A stretch of 64,000 nucleotides of DNA. Source: Paecilomyces variotii (lineage: Eukaryota). The notes under the pieces were generated by a model. That model ran no database searches and was not told the DNA's origin. It was given only the letters and a program-made list of their open reading frames with translations. This document shows, piece by piece, positions 1 to 11,478 of this stretch. Numbering within the stretch: the stretch's first letter is position 1; every line of letters starts with the position of its first letter. The stretch lies in assembly GCA_004022145.1 (NCBI GenBank), contig RCNU01000009.1; one strand, 5' to 3'. The translations under genes and the position numbers were made by a program.

Positions 1-160
1 ATGCGCGAAGCAGATCGATATGGCCGTACGAAGAAGCAGCATGGAGAAGAGAGTACCCATGTTCGTCCTGACCCGACGCCAGAGAGGGGTTGGAGCGGAG
101 CAAATTCAATAGCGCTGTAGGATTATCAGCCGCGAGGATGTAGGGATTTGGTTGACTCAT
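1..160 (-). CDS. Ankyrin-repeat protein (YCR051W-like), 5' part only; runs off the window edge
   Basis: Manual translation from ATG at 160 gives MSQPNPYILAADNPTALLNLLRSNPSLASGQDEHGYSLLHAASSYGHIDLLRA. The DxxGxSLLHAAxxxGHxDLL pattern matches the ankyrin consensus. Not in the ORF track. Confidence 0.85.
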   Translation of the reverse strand, partial: MSQPNPYILAADNPTALLNLLRSNPSLASGQDEHGYSLLHAASSYGHIDLLRA

Positions 161-563
161 GGCTATCGTAGGCAGCAAAGGATGATCGATAGGTAGTCGC
201 AAGTCGCAAAGGAAAAAAATAGTTTTAAGTAGGCGGTGCGCAAACTTCCCTTGACGCCGCGCGCGGGGGCGCGGGCGGTGAAGAGTCCGTAGATCAGCTT
301 GCCCCGCGATTTTTTGACGTAGCGATTGATATTATTTGGCACTGTCACAAATCAGCTTGCTTGCTGTGACTCAGAAAGAGTCATTGATGGAAAGTTTCCT
401 TCAGTCATCTCTACCAGAAACCGCAATTTCTTTGTAAGGGATAGAAGACTTAACTTAAGGGAGAAGACGCCAGAGCCAGCGGCTCCTGTGCTCTTCTTTC
501 TCTCAAGACATTTTCACTGCCAGCTGAAGTAATAAGTCAGTTTTCGACTCAGTGATCATCACT

Positions 564-3023
564 ATGGTGCAACAAGACGTTCAGGAGGTCGCACGGCTGG
601 TTGACAGCCTCGAAGAGGCCAGCAAACGAGGGAAGACACAAGGCAAAAAGAGCTTTGTCTGCAAAAAGTCCACCTTTGCAGTAGCGGGGTCAGATAATAT
701 CTTCGTCGATTCCTGGAGGTTTAACGATTGGGACTACAAGCGTCGTGACCTTCCGACTTACGCCCGTGGACTATTCACTACACGAACCAAGTCTGGTCGT
801 CCAGAGATTGCTGTCCGCGGTTACGACAAGTTTTTCAACGTGGATGAAGCGGGCAACACGAAATGGGACCAGATCGAGAAATACACGCGTGGTCCGTATG
901 AGCTTAGTGTCAAAGAGAATGGATGCATCATCTTCATTTCTGGTCTCGAAGATGGCTCTCTGTTAGTATGCAGCAAGCACTCTACGGGAGTTCGAAATGA
1001 TACCAACCTGAGCCATGCCCAAGCCGGCGAGAAATGGGTTGAACAACACGTTACTTCTGTCGGAAAGACAGTAAAAGAACTTGCGATGCAACTGCGGAAG
1101 ATGAACGTTACCGCAGTTGGTGAGCTCTGCGATGACAGCTTCGAAGAGCATGTCCTGGCGTATGATGAAAATGCTGCTGGTATCTACCTTCACGGCATAA
1201 ACTATAACGTTCCAGAATTTGCGACTATGCCCAGCTCTGAGGTGCACAAATTCGCTGACGAGTGGGGATTCAAGAAGGCACAGTTTCTTGTCATGGACGA
1301 TATCAGGGCTGTGAAACAATTCTTGGACAACTGCGCCGAAACAGGCTCATGGAATGGAAGAGATACAGAAGGATTCGTTATCAGATGCAAGCAACGCGAA
1401 GGAGAAGATGGGCCATATCGGGACTGGTTCTTCAAATACAAGTTTGAGGAGCCATATCTTATGTACAGACAGTGGCGTGAATGCACCAAGGCAGTCATTG
1501 CCGGAAAACTTCCGAAGATCAAGAAGCATCAGAAGATCACCGAGGAATATCTACAATATGCTCGCAGACAGCTCGTGAAGGATCCAGCCATTGGAAAACT
1601 TTACAACCAGAATCACGGAATCATTTCAATGAGAGAGGGATTCCTGCGTGAACGTGGCTTGAAAGGATCAGATATCATCCAAATGGAAAACGAAGGGCGT
1701 GCTGAAGGAGTCAGCAAAAACGTCATCCTGGTTCCAATTGCATCTATCGGCTGCGGAAAGACGACCCTGTCACTGGCCCTGGCCAAGCTATTCGGATGGG
1801 GTCACATCCAGAATGATAACATCCCCAAACAGAAGAATCGCCCGAAGAGGTTTGCCTTTGAGGTGACGAACGAACTTGCGAACCATCCCGTTGTCATAGC
1901 AGACCGCAACAACCATCAGAGACGGGAAAGGAAACAGCTCATGGAAGATATTACCCCGGTCCTCACTGATGCTCGATTCGTTGCCCTCCAGTACGTGCAT
2001 GAGCCGAAGGGTCTGTTGCTCGACGATATCAGAGAGGTGACCAGGAAGAGGGTTCTGGAAAGAGGAGACAACCATCAGACCATCCGAGCCGGCAGCAAAA
2101 ACCCCGATGAAGTGATTGGGATTATGGAAGGATTCCTAAATCGCTTCGAAGCAGTGGACACTGACCGTGATCCGGATGACAACTTCGACGAGGTCATCGA
2201 CTTAGACGTCTCCGCATCATCCAGAGAGAACCTGGAAAAGGTAGTGACCTCTCTGCACTCGTACTACCCAAAGATTGTCCCGAAAGTTCCCACACCGCAG
2301 GAACTGGACAGTGCGATCGAAGCTGCCATGACAGATTACCACGTCGAGAAGGATCTGAGTTCGAATTTCAAACCGAGCAAGCAGCAAAAGGGCCAGAAGA
2401 ATGCGAACGCGAATGCGGAACAACCGCAGAAGCTGGACCCGGAATCTTGCATGAAGAAAATCGAATACTTCTGCATCTCCCTCCCCGCCCCACGCATCAA
2501 CAACATCCTCTCCTCCCTCTTCCCACCATCCACACCCCCTGAAAAGGCCAAGCTCTACAAACAACTAGCCAACACGCGACGCATCCAGCCTTCCTTCCAC
2601 GTCACTCTCATCCACCGCGCCTCAGCCAAGGATCGTCAGGACACCTGGAAACGCTACACCGACCTATACCTCACCAAGATGTACGAAAAACCCGAGACTG
2701 ACACCAACATCACCCCGACTCTGGCGCCTGCCCGCGTTCGTATTGAGCGCCTTGTCTGGGACGATCGCATCATGGCCTTTGTCGCCCGTATCCTTCCGCC
2801 AGAGGACAAGGAGCAGCCGGACTGGCTGTGCGCAAACGACGTCGCGCACATCACTGTGGGCACCGCCTCTCCGGACGTCAAGCCAAAGGAGAGTAACGAC
2901 CTGCTGAAACGTTGGCTGGAAGTCGGGTCTGGGGCAGATAAGGGCATCTGGGAAGAGGAAGTTCCTGGTGTGGTGGTCCTGGATGGGACTGTGGAAGTCG
3001 TCATGAGTCGGGGAAAGTGGTGA
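564..3023 (+). CDS. trl1: Fungal tRNA ligase (ligase, kinase and cyclic phosphodiesterase domains), intronless
   Basis: Ligase motif I KENG and motif EGFVIR, P-loop ASIGCGKT, and two 2H motifs (FHVTL, AHITVG). First ATG at 564. Confidence 0.95.
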   Translation: MVQQDVQEVARLVDSLEEASKRGKTQGKKSFVCKKSTFAVAGSDNIFVDSWRFNDWDYKRRDLPTYARGLFTTRTKSGRPEIAVRGYDKFFNVDEAGNTKWDQIEKYTRGPYELSVKENGCIIFISGLEDGSLLVCSKHSTGVRNDTNLSHAQAGEKWVEQHVTSVGKTVKELAMQLRKMNVTAVGELCDDSFEEHVLAYDENAAGIYLHGINYNVPEFATMPSSEVHKFADEWGFKKAQFLVMDDIRAVKQFLDNCAETGSWNGRDTEGFVIRCKQREGEDGPYRDWFFKYKFEEPYLMYRQWRECTKAVIAGKLPKIKKHQKITEEYLQYARRQLVKDPAIGKLYNQNHGIISMREGFLRERGLKGSDIIQMENEGRAEGVSKNVILVPIASIGCGKTTLSLALAKLFGWGHIQNDNIPKQKNRPKRFAFEVTNELANHPVVIADRNNHQRRERKQLMEDITPVLTDARFVALQYVHEPKGLLLDDIREVTRKRVLERGDNHQTIRAGSKNPDEVIGIMEGFLNRFEAVDTDRDPDDNFDEVIDLDVSASSRENLEKVVTSLHSYYPKIVPKVPTPQELDSAIEAAMTDYHVEKDLSSNFKPSKQQKGQKNANANAEQPQKLDPESCMKKIEYFCISLPAPRINNILSSLFPPSTPPEKAKLYKQLANTRRIQPSFHVTLIHRASAKDRQDTWKRYTDLYLTKMYEKPETDTNITPTLAPARVRIERLVWDDRIMAFVARILPPEDKEQPDWLCANDVAHITVGTASPDVKPKESNDLLKRWLEVGSGADKGIWEEEVPGVVVLDGTVEVVMSRGKW

Positions 3024-3366
3024 AATATGTATTCTACTTGAAGAAGAAAAACAGGACACTGAAGAACGTTAATCTATATGATTAGACATATCATCCTTAT
3101 AATAACATCTCCATCAACCATTGAAACAGACAGCACTCTCAGAAGAGGGTATATAATAGAAACTAAGCTATGCTTAAGCCAAGTACTGTATTTCTACACA
3201 TGAATGCGCGAGTCAACTCTGCAATCAGTTGTTGTTTACCTACCATGCTCATGCAAAAATGATGCCCATATCGCTCCGCCATCTCTCTCGAGACTAATGC
3301 AATAGAGCTCTCTGGATATCTACAGATGCTCATTCTTGTAGCGGGAAGACAGCAGAATTTACTCCT

Positions 3367-5111
3367 TCAGCCCGTCACCCACGTCGCGACTCTCTGGGCG
3401 CCAAAACGCCCGACGAACTGCAGGCCGCTACTGCCCATAGGGAAGTAGCTGACGAGATACCAGATGAGTGCGGCGAGCTGGAAAATGGACGAGATGAGAG
3501 TGAGGAGGGTCGAGTGGAGCTGTTCGTTCGGTGGTCAGCGCGTGTAGAATTCATTTTTCCTTTTTGAAAACCAACGAGAAGGGGAGATGTTTGTGCACAC
3601 AAGGAATACGAGGCATCCGCCACGACGGAGAAGGAGCTGAAAAAGGGATTGAGAAGCGAGGGCGTCGATGAGGGCAATGTTTAGGGGGCAAGAGGGTATT
3701 GCGGGTGAGGCGATAAGGGCCAACTCTAGTTGTCTTATCTCCGCTCCGAGAAGGGTAATATTGTAATGGCGGCAGAAAGCCGACCGAGGTGAGCTCCCCG
3801 CCGCCAGACCCGAAGAGCTGGAATGATCGGCTGAGCTCCGATGATGTCATGTTGGGGAGAGCTTGCTGACTGAGCGTGCATAGAATAGCGTATAATCGCG
3901 CAAGGAAAAACCAAGGACGCGAAAAGATACAAATGCCCATGAGATGGCGATGCGGTTTTGCTCGAGAAAGTATGGTACTTCGCGGTGGACCAACCTCCCG
4001 GAGCGTGTGGGTCATAGTAGGTTAGGAGCCTTAGGAGGGCAGCGGTGCGGTCCGAATGGCAGCCAATGATGAAGCAGAAGAGGCAGATCAATATACAAGA
4101 GACGCAACTTACTCCAACCGCAAAATACAGCGTCAACGCAATCGATCCAAAATAAGCGGCAGTAAACGGAAGCCGGGCTCCCGAGACCAGATGTCGGGCG
4201 TAGGTGAAGGGTCCCATGAGGACCGCCCAGGATACGAGAAACAGGAGTGAACCGACTGACCAACTATTCCAAGGAAATCCGACATGTCAGTATCTCTGTC
4301 CTCTGTCTAGTTTCAGCAGCAGCTGAGCTAGTGGTCTGTAGTTTGAAATGATGGGGAAGCGTGCTTCAGAGGTGGCAAAGCATGTGAGGCACATGTCCTA
4401 AGCCACATCAAGCGGACAAAATGTGGTGGCTTGCTTTCCCAAACGAGGACAAGATGCTATCAGATCATGCTCCATGCAGGAAAGTAAAGGCAAGTGTTGA
4501 TAATGGGGGGTGCCGTCTGGAAGCGAGAGCGACATAGCACTTACAGAATGGCGAATTTGCGCGGCTTCAGCGACAGGACGGGAAACAGGAAGAAGCATAG
4601 CATGAAGCAGACTGCTGCCCCAAGGTTACATCCTGCGAAGATGAGCATACGATCCCATCTGCTCACTGTAGATGATTAGCCTCTCCTTTCTGCATTCAGA
4701 GCTGATCGGCATCGCCATGAGAACCGCCCTCCTCGCGCCAGAATGATAATGCCATTCTAATGCATGCGCCACCATCCCCAGGACGCAGGAACTGGTATGC
4801 AATCACATCCGGCGCGGCGCGCAGAGCGATGGCTCTTAGAAGAAGTCTGTAGGATTCAAAACAAAATATATCAGATCCGTGGACTCACAAGCAAAGAAAC
4901 TCTCCTCCTCTTCCCTTCTGCTGGGAGCCGGCAGCGGAGCCCCGGGAGCTTCATGCGTAGGGAGCTGGACGTAGCCACCTCGTCCAAATGGATTGTAGGA
5001 CTGCAGCTTGGAGAGAAACGGGGTCGAAGCGCCGGTACGCACCGGGACATCAGCGTCCCTGCGCGTCCAACCCAGCGAGCTCATCGAGTCGCGAAACGAG
5101 CTGGAAGCCAT
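3367..5111 (-). CDS. sft2: Sft2 / Got1-family vesicle transport membrane protein, 4 exons (about 5111-4889, 4665-4545, 4263-4113, 3519-3367)
   Basis: Spliced translation MASSSFRDSMSSLGW...FFALSRWDRMLIFAGCNLGAAVCF...KPRKFAILWSVGS...LPFTAAYFGSIALTLYFAVGLHSTLLTLISSIFQLAALIWYLVSYFPMG. Canonical GT/AG junctions keep the frame. Confidence 0.9.
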
Positions 5112-8100
5112 TGTCTGCACGGAGCTGACCCAAACGGGGTCCGCGATTTCCCGAAATGTATAGTCGTCTCTTGGATAGATGCGACGGGACCGTCCCCGGA
5201 CGTGACGTTCAGACCCTCTCCCACCCCAGCAACGATCAGAGCGAGGGACGACTCCAAATGGAAATGTATGCTCTGTGAATGCACGACGGAAGCCAGATGC
5301 CTGGGTGCAGATGATCTGCAGCAACGGTGGGTGTGCAAGACGGCGGTGCTAGAGTACGGCTAAGCCCGACCAGATGACTTGCTCGTAAAACCGAATCAGA
5401 CCAACCACGAGCTGGATCGCCCGTCGCAGCTAGTGGTTCAGTGACTCTGTGTTTGATAGATAGTATTAAGCTTGTGACAGCGCTCGGAACTCTCTTTTTT
5501 CTGAATTGGAGAAGGGGGTCCGCGGGCCCGAGAGCAGCTCTGGACGGGAGCGTGGAATGAATATCGCGATACGGAGCAGTCGGCCCGGACGAGGTTGATG
5601 GTTTGACTCTTGTCTCTGACGACGTCACAGGCAGCTCTCTTTCGCGTAGGAGAGGGTGTGGTCTTCACTGCTGGAGCTAGCCGGCCAAGTCGAATGCCGG
5701 AGGGAGGTGGGGAAGAGGTATACGGCGCCGTGATGGGGAGACGAAACGAGGGGAGAGAGAGCTCTCGGAATGGTGATTCCTGAGGCCGATGAGCCCGATA
5801 CAGCCGGGTTGTTCTGCTGGCGGTGATGTATCAGATGACTTGGCCGGTAACTAGTTAAGTTAGCTACCTAGGGTAGACAAGAGAAGAGGGGAAATAAGGG
5901 CTAAGGGCTAAGGGCTAGCAATAGAGTAGACCCCAGCTGGATTCTCACACTTGGATCCTCAAAGAAAACAAGAGGGATCGAGAAATGTACAGTACAGTAC
6001 CATTTGGGCAAAGTCGCGGAGAGAGAGAGGAGTGAGAGGGTGTGGCCGACAGTTGGGGGTTTTGGCCGGGGCCAACTTGGGGGCGGCAATCGGTGGGCCA
6101 GTCCGTGCTGGATGTGATGATGGACAGGGCAGGCTGTAAGCTCGATGCAGGATAGGGCGTTAATGCATCTCTTCCGCTCTCGCTTGCCAACAGGATTCAA
6201 GAATTAAAGAATCATGCCAAACAGCACAGACACAAAATGCTCCCCTTCTCCTGCACCCCAGTCTGCGTCTTGGTGCATCCCGTCTCTCGTAGGTCGACAG
6301 ATCATCGTTAGACTGCACTTGCGGCATGGCAAAACTAGGTAACTAACTAAACATACATACATCCGCCGTACATACATAAGATCCTAATGCATTATGCTAC
6401 TCTGTACTCCGTACTCTACAGTCTAACAGCAACTGCTAGGTAATAGTAACTAGGTTCTAACCTTCCACTCCACGCCACTCCACGCGCCGGTAGATCCTCA
6501 CTTGAGCCGTGCACCCGTTGACGATCCGGACGGGCAACCTTGCTCTCTATGGTTCGGGAGGCATCTGGCATGAGGGTCGATCTCTTTTAGTCGAGTAGAT
6601 CGTGGCCTGATACTCAGTGCTCTCCCTGTGCTGTAGAAGAAGATAGTTGATAACTAGTTAGTCTAGTTCGTATTGTCGTGAAGCCTACATCGAACTCTCC
6701 CCATCTTCCAATCAGCATCCCTGGAGAAGATGGGTCTCTTATCAACTATCGACTTAAGAATACATGGTGCGATAAGGAAAATGGTTGTTGCCCTGCCCAA
6801 GTATCTATGACAGTACTACATGTTTACTCTAGAACACTCGGAGCAAATATACCCGACCCCTCCAGCAAAAGGAGGGGGTAAGAGTATGATCCAGAGGCAG
6901 ATCCAATGAACATTGCAGATTTCATTCTCTTGTAAACAGATCGATAGCGCAGACAGGAACACCATCTCCTACCTGTGTGGCAAGAAGACGCCGGAAGAAG
7001 GAAATGATCCTCTCGGACTACTGTGCGGAGACCAGTGGTGGTGCGGACAACTCTCGGTCCTCCAAACGATCGAGACTCCATCGGGATGTCATATCCAAGC
7101 TCTGATATTGAAAGAAAGTCCCCGCAACGCGTCCTCGATCCGCAGAAAGCGCGTCAAGTTTTCGGGAGGTTTGCAAATCGGGGAAGTACTAGACCCCAGA
7201 AGCAGTGATTCCGTAACCACATGATGATCATGATGCATCTATCATCTGCCACAGTCTTGTCCCTTCTGGTAAGTGCCGGTAACTAGAGTAATAATTATTA
7301 GCTAACCTTTCTTGTTTTGTTTTCTTGATCTAGTAGGACGTCTCAATGTTGGCCTAAGCTTCTTTCTGTTGCTATCAGGGGACCCCTGGTGAGGGTTTCA
7401 CTTTCAGTAGAAACGAGAAAAACTTCCCTCCAAATAGAAGTCTTACAATTTGCCGTTAGAGTTTCACCTATAAATCGTAGTCAGTAGTCCCTATCCTTCT
7501 TTCTGACACCATCTTGCCTTGTCCGACCCACTGGATGTCCTCCAGCGCACCCGTGGATGATTCCCCCTGCCCTCCGAACCTTCGCGGCGACGGGACGGCA
7601 CCGCGATAGCCTCGCAAAGAATCAGGGCTGCTTTCTTGATTTTTGGAATGTCTGGAGAGCTAGTGTCGATCATGATCTGCTCCTTGATTGGTTGCGGCTG
7701 GCACATCCACGAGCAGACCAACTGTGGATCGGTATCAGCCATCATCTCGTCGATCCAGGCGACATACCTTCGTGGCTCGTATGTCTCTCCGGTGCCTGTG
7801 AGTGTGGCAGACTAGATCGAGGCACCAGCACGAGGAGCACGTTGTGGCTGCTCATCCGATGTGTGGTTCTGTACATTCCTCGCGCCGCCTTCCCGCGAGT
7901 CTGGAGGGTGGAAGCATCAGTGGCTGAAGATGGTGAAGTATGTACATAGTATGTACTACTACATACATACCTAGGTACTTGGGAGTTATAGATGGGAGAC
8001 GACTGTTCCAAGTACTCCCACCTATCAAATCAGAATCCGGTTTTTCTCAGCCCTGGACAGAAATAGATCTGGAAGCGGGATTTGACAGACACCGACGGGA

Positions 8101-9624
8101 CTGCTAACTAACTGACTAGTGCCACGGACCGCTGGCCTGCAGAAGGGACGCTCAGACGAAGGCCATCGGGTGGCTTATCCATCGTTCGCCCAGTGATCTC
8201 CCGTTATCTGGGGATGTCAGAGTGTCCAAGCTTCCTTCGATGCTGGGAGAGTCACTCTGGTAGGACAAGCCGACCCCGTATTGATCGGACGGACGGTCGT
8301 ATCCTCATCTCTCGGAATCCATTTCCAATCTAAAGAGATCTTCGTGAGCAAACCCCCTCTTTCCCCCCAGTAGTCGATCTCGCTTCCGCTTCCACATGGT
8401 GTAGAGACTGATTACGGACCTACCATAGTACCATACTGTACATACATACATGCAACTGGACTAATTAATTGACTGAATTCCTGCTTGTCAAGGTAGCTTG
8501 TCCATCTTGTTTCCCTTTCTGAACCAGCAGCACACCCCCCTTTTGGCCGGGAAGATTCTCACGCTGCCTGGTCACTCCGATCTCTGTTTCTAGGTGCCTG
8601 CAGGGCATCTGATACATTCTACGCGGCTTCGACCCTCCCCAGCAGCGCAGCGTGTGAGTCATGCCCTCCAACGAGCATCCAGGTGACAAGGATGAGATCT
8701 ATTCATGAGATAGGGACATGATTCTTGCACATCCTCGATGCCTGTACCACCTTCGAGCCCACCACCTTCCATTTTGCCCTCCAGGGACTCGGTCCGTTCG
8801 GTTCGATTCCTGTTAATCTACACCACTGCTACACGCTCTCCACCCCTCCATATTTTCCTGGAGTAGAACACAGCCAGGCAAAGCCGTCGCAATCGACGGA
8901 CGTAATCAGTCGTAGACCCTTTAAGCCTTGTCGGTCGAACGATCGACGCCCTGCATGACCAGCTCCGTCATATACCAAATGAGAGATGCAGGAGGACGCC
9001 TCGCTGCCCATAAAGAGACCATCCCCTCGTTTTGTCCTCTGCAGCTGCCCGTCGCATCTTGTCTGATACTGTCTTGATTCGTGAGTGCGGCAAAAAACAC
9101 CCGTCGAGGTCGTTGCAGAAAGCTCGAGCCCTTCGATCTATCGACGAACATTTGCTCGAGAGCAAATCCCCGCCTCAAGCGCATCCATCACTCACCCGCA
9201 TCTGTCTTACAGTAAGTTAGTCCCTCGCCGCCGCCTGCATCATCGTGCACCTCTCCACGCAGAGAACTCCTCTATCTCCTATCACTCCGCATTTATCTAG
9301 CCTCTTGCGCAAGCTGCAGGCGTGGATTTGTTTTTTTGATTTTTTTTTTCTTCTTTGATGATGCTTTCTTTCTTTTCCTTTCCACCCCCGGCCCCATTAT
9401 AACTCGGACAAGTACCCCGCCACGTGTGGGTGGAGTTCGGATTTCTGCCCTGTAGCTCTTTGAACTAATTACACGGACGGACGTTTTGAAGAGTTTCTGT
9501 ACGATCTGCTAACGAGACCTGTCGCTGCAGCCATTCGTTGTGATATCATTGGAGACCAGTGACTCTAGGCCTCCACTGAACAGCAGATAGATAGATAACA
9601 TCTGTTCACCATCATCCTCCATTT

Positions 9625-9705
9625 ACTCTCACTTACGCTCTCACTCGTACTCTTCTTACTCTTCCTCTTACTCTTGCTCTTACTCTCACTCTCACTCTCA
9701 CTCGC
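9625..9705 (+). repeat. Degenerate hexanucleotide repeat (ACTCTC/ACTCTT)n
   Basis: Directly visible tandem units. Confidence 0.8.
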
Positions 9706-11478
9706 TCAATCACCGTCTGGTAAGTTGATTTGTCTGCAAGTTCAATTTCCCGTGTGTCCTTCTTGTTTGTTCTCCGAACCTTGGGCTGCAGCGGTGGGGA
9801 AGTCAACTCGATCTGGCTCTCGTTGGTCTTGATTCTATCTATCACATCCTCTGTGAGCACTTGTGCCATGACGTTGGACGTCCTACGACGGGCTGGGTTA
9901 GAGGTGAACCAGTCTCCCGCCGCGACGGGTATCGCATATCTCCGTGCCTCAGATTACGAGATCGAGGCTGGCCTTTGCCTGAGGGGTCGAGAGAGTAACA
10001 ATAATATTACATTATTACGCTCGAGCTTCCTGGGCTGGGGCCGAAGGGCGAGCTAAGGGGCTCGCGTCGACGCGTTTGGCGCGCCCTCACAGCGCTAGAG
10101 GATCTGACCGCAACGGTCTCACCGCCCGCCTCTTTCAGTCGCTCCACCTCTTCGCCTTTTCCCCAGAACGAAGACGATCCCACCGCCGCCTCTCTCGGTT
10201 CCCACCGTCCCCGCCACTGCAGCTCGCCCATCTTCTTTTCTATCCTTCCCTCGTCGGGGTTTCTCCTCAAGAGTGGTGCTTTTCCATCTGTATCTCCGCT
10301 GTATCCTCTCTGCCTGTCTTTGGACAGTCAACCCGTCTTTTCTCCTGTCTTCCTGCGTGTCTCGGACCGGCCTTTGCGTCGGCCGTCGTTTGTCGTGCTC
10401 GCTTCCCTTGACTCGCTTCCCCACCCTTGTTATTACTCATTCTTGCCTCTTGGGAAAGTCGGTCTGACCATTCTCCCACCATCTCCAGTGTGATCTTCTT
10501 TCAGGACTCAATCGATTTGTGTGCAATTGTGGTACAACGTTGATATCGCTACGCTGCGCAGCGCATACGGTTCTCTTCAACGCCCGATCGCACTAGTTCA
10601 TTCGTCGCCCAACCATCCGTCTTGTTGCGCTGCTGCCTCCCGCAATCCAGCGCGCCACCAAAGAGACCTCACACTTGTCGTCGTCGACTCGACCTTCAAG
10701 AGCCAGTCTCTTTTGACAGTGCAGCGTCTCCTGCAAGGTACATTGATCAGACCTTTTCTACACCTATCGCGGGAGTTTCTGTGCGTGCTTCATTGATACC
10801 CAGACACATTGTCTGCCCCGCCATCCGCTTTGTCACTCTGGTGGAAGTAGGCGGTAACAGTCGCGCTGGAGAGTCCTGTATATTTCTCAATCCGGGACCC
10901 ACTACCTGTTTTCCAACGTCTCGTATTTCTAATGCTTATCAATGGTGTTGCGTTGTGATCGCAGTCGAGTCATCATACTGATATTCATTGATTGTCTGTA
11001 GTTTCTTCGGAAACGAAAGCAACCCTGATCCGCAAGCAGATACGCCAGCGCAGTCTGCTCACAAGCTACACTGTTTGCTTCGACAGACATTGTCCTATGC
11101 GCTATTGAAGCTCATTATCTACATCAGAGCCCATCTTCAGACACAGGACTCCGGTCTAGAACATTTAGTTTCGGTGGTGTGTGGATGCCAAGCGGGTATG
11201 TGTTCTTAGCGGCCACTGGGTGTCTATGTCTCTGTCTGAACGGTTTGGTGTTTTACCTGCTTTCGGATTACGCGCCCTGGGAGATATTACTTGACCATTC
11301 CGCTTCCCTCTGGGAAACTGGACTCTAGCTTACCTTTGTTTTCCCCAGTCACACCATCATTCATCGAACGATCGTTGTTCTTTACGATTTCGTGATTGTA
11401 CAGAACCCTTTGGTCACGGATACGTTGTTTTGTCGTCTCCTCGACTGGTGACCAAATTCCTGCCATCGGAGCCGGGAC

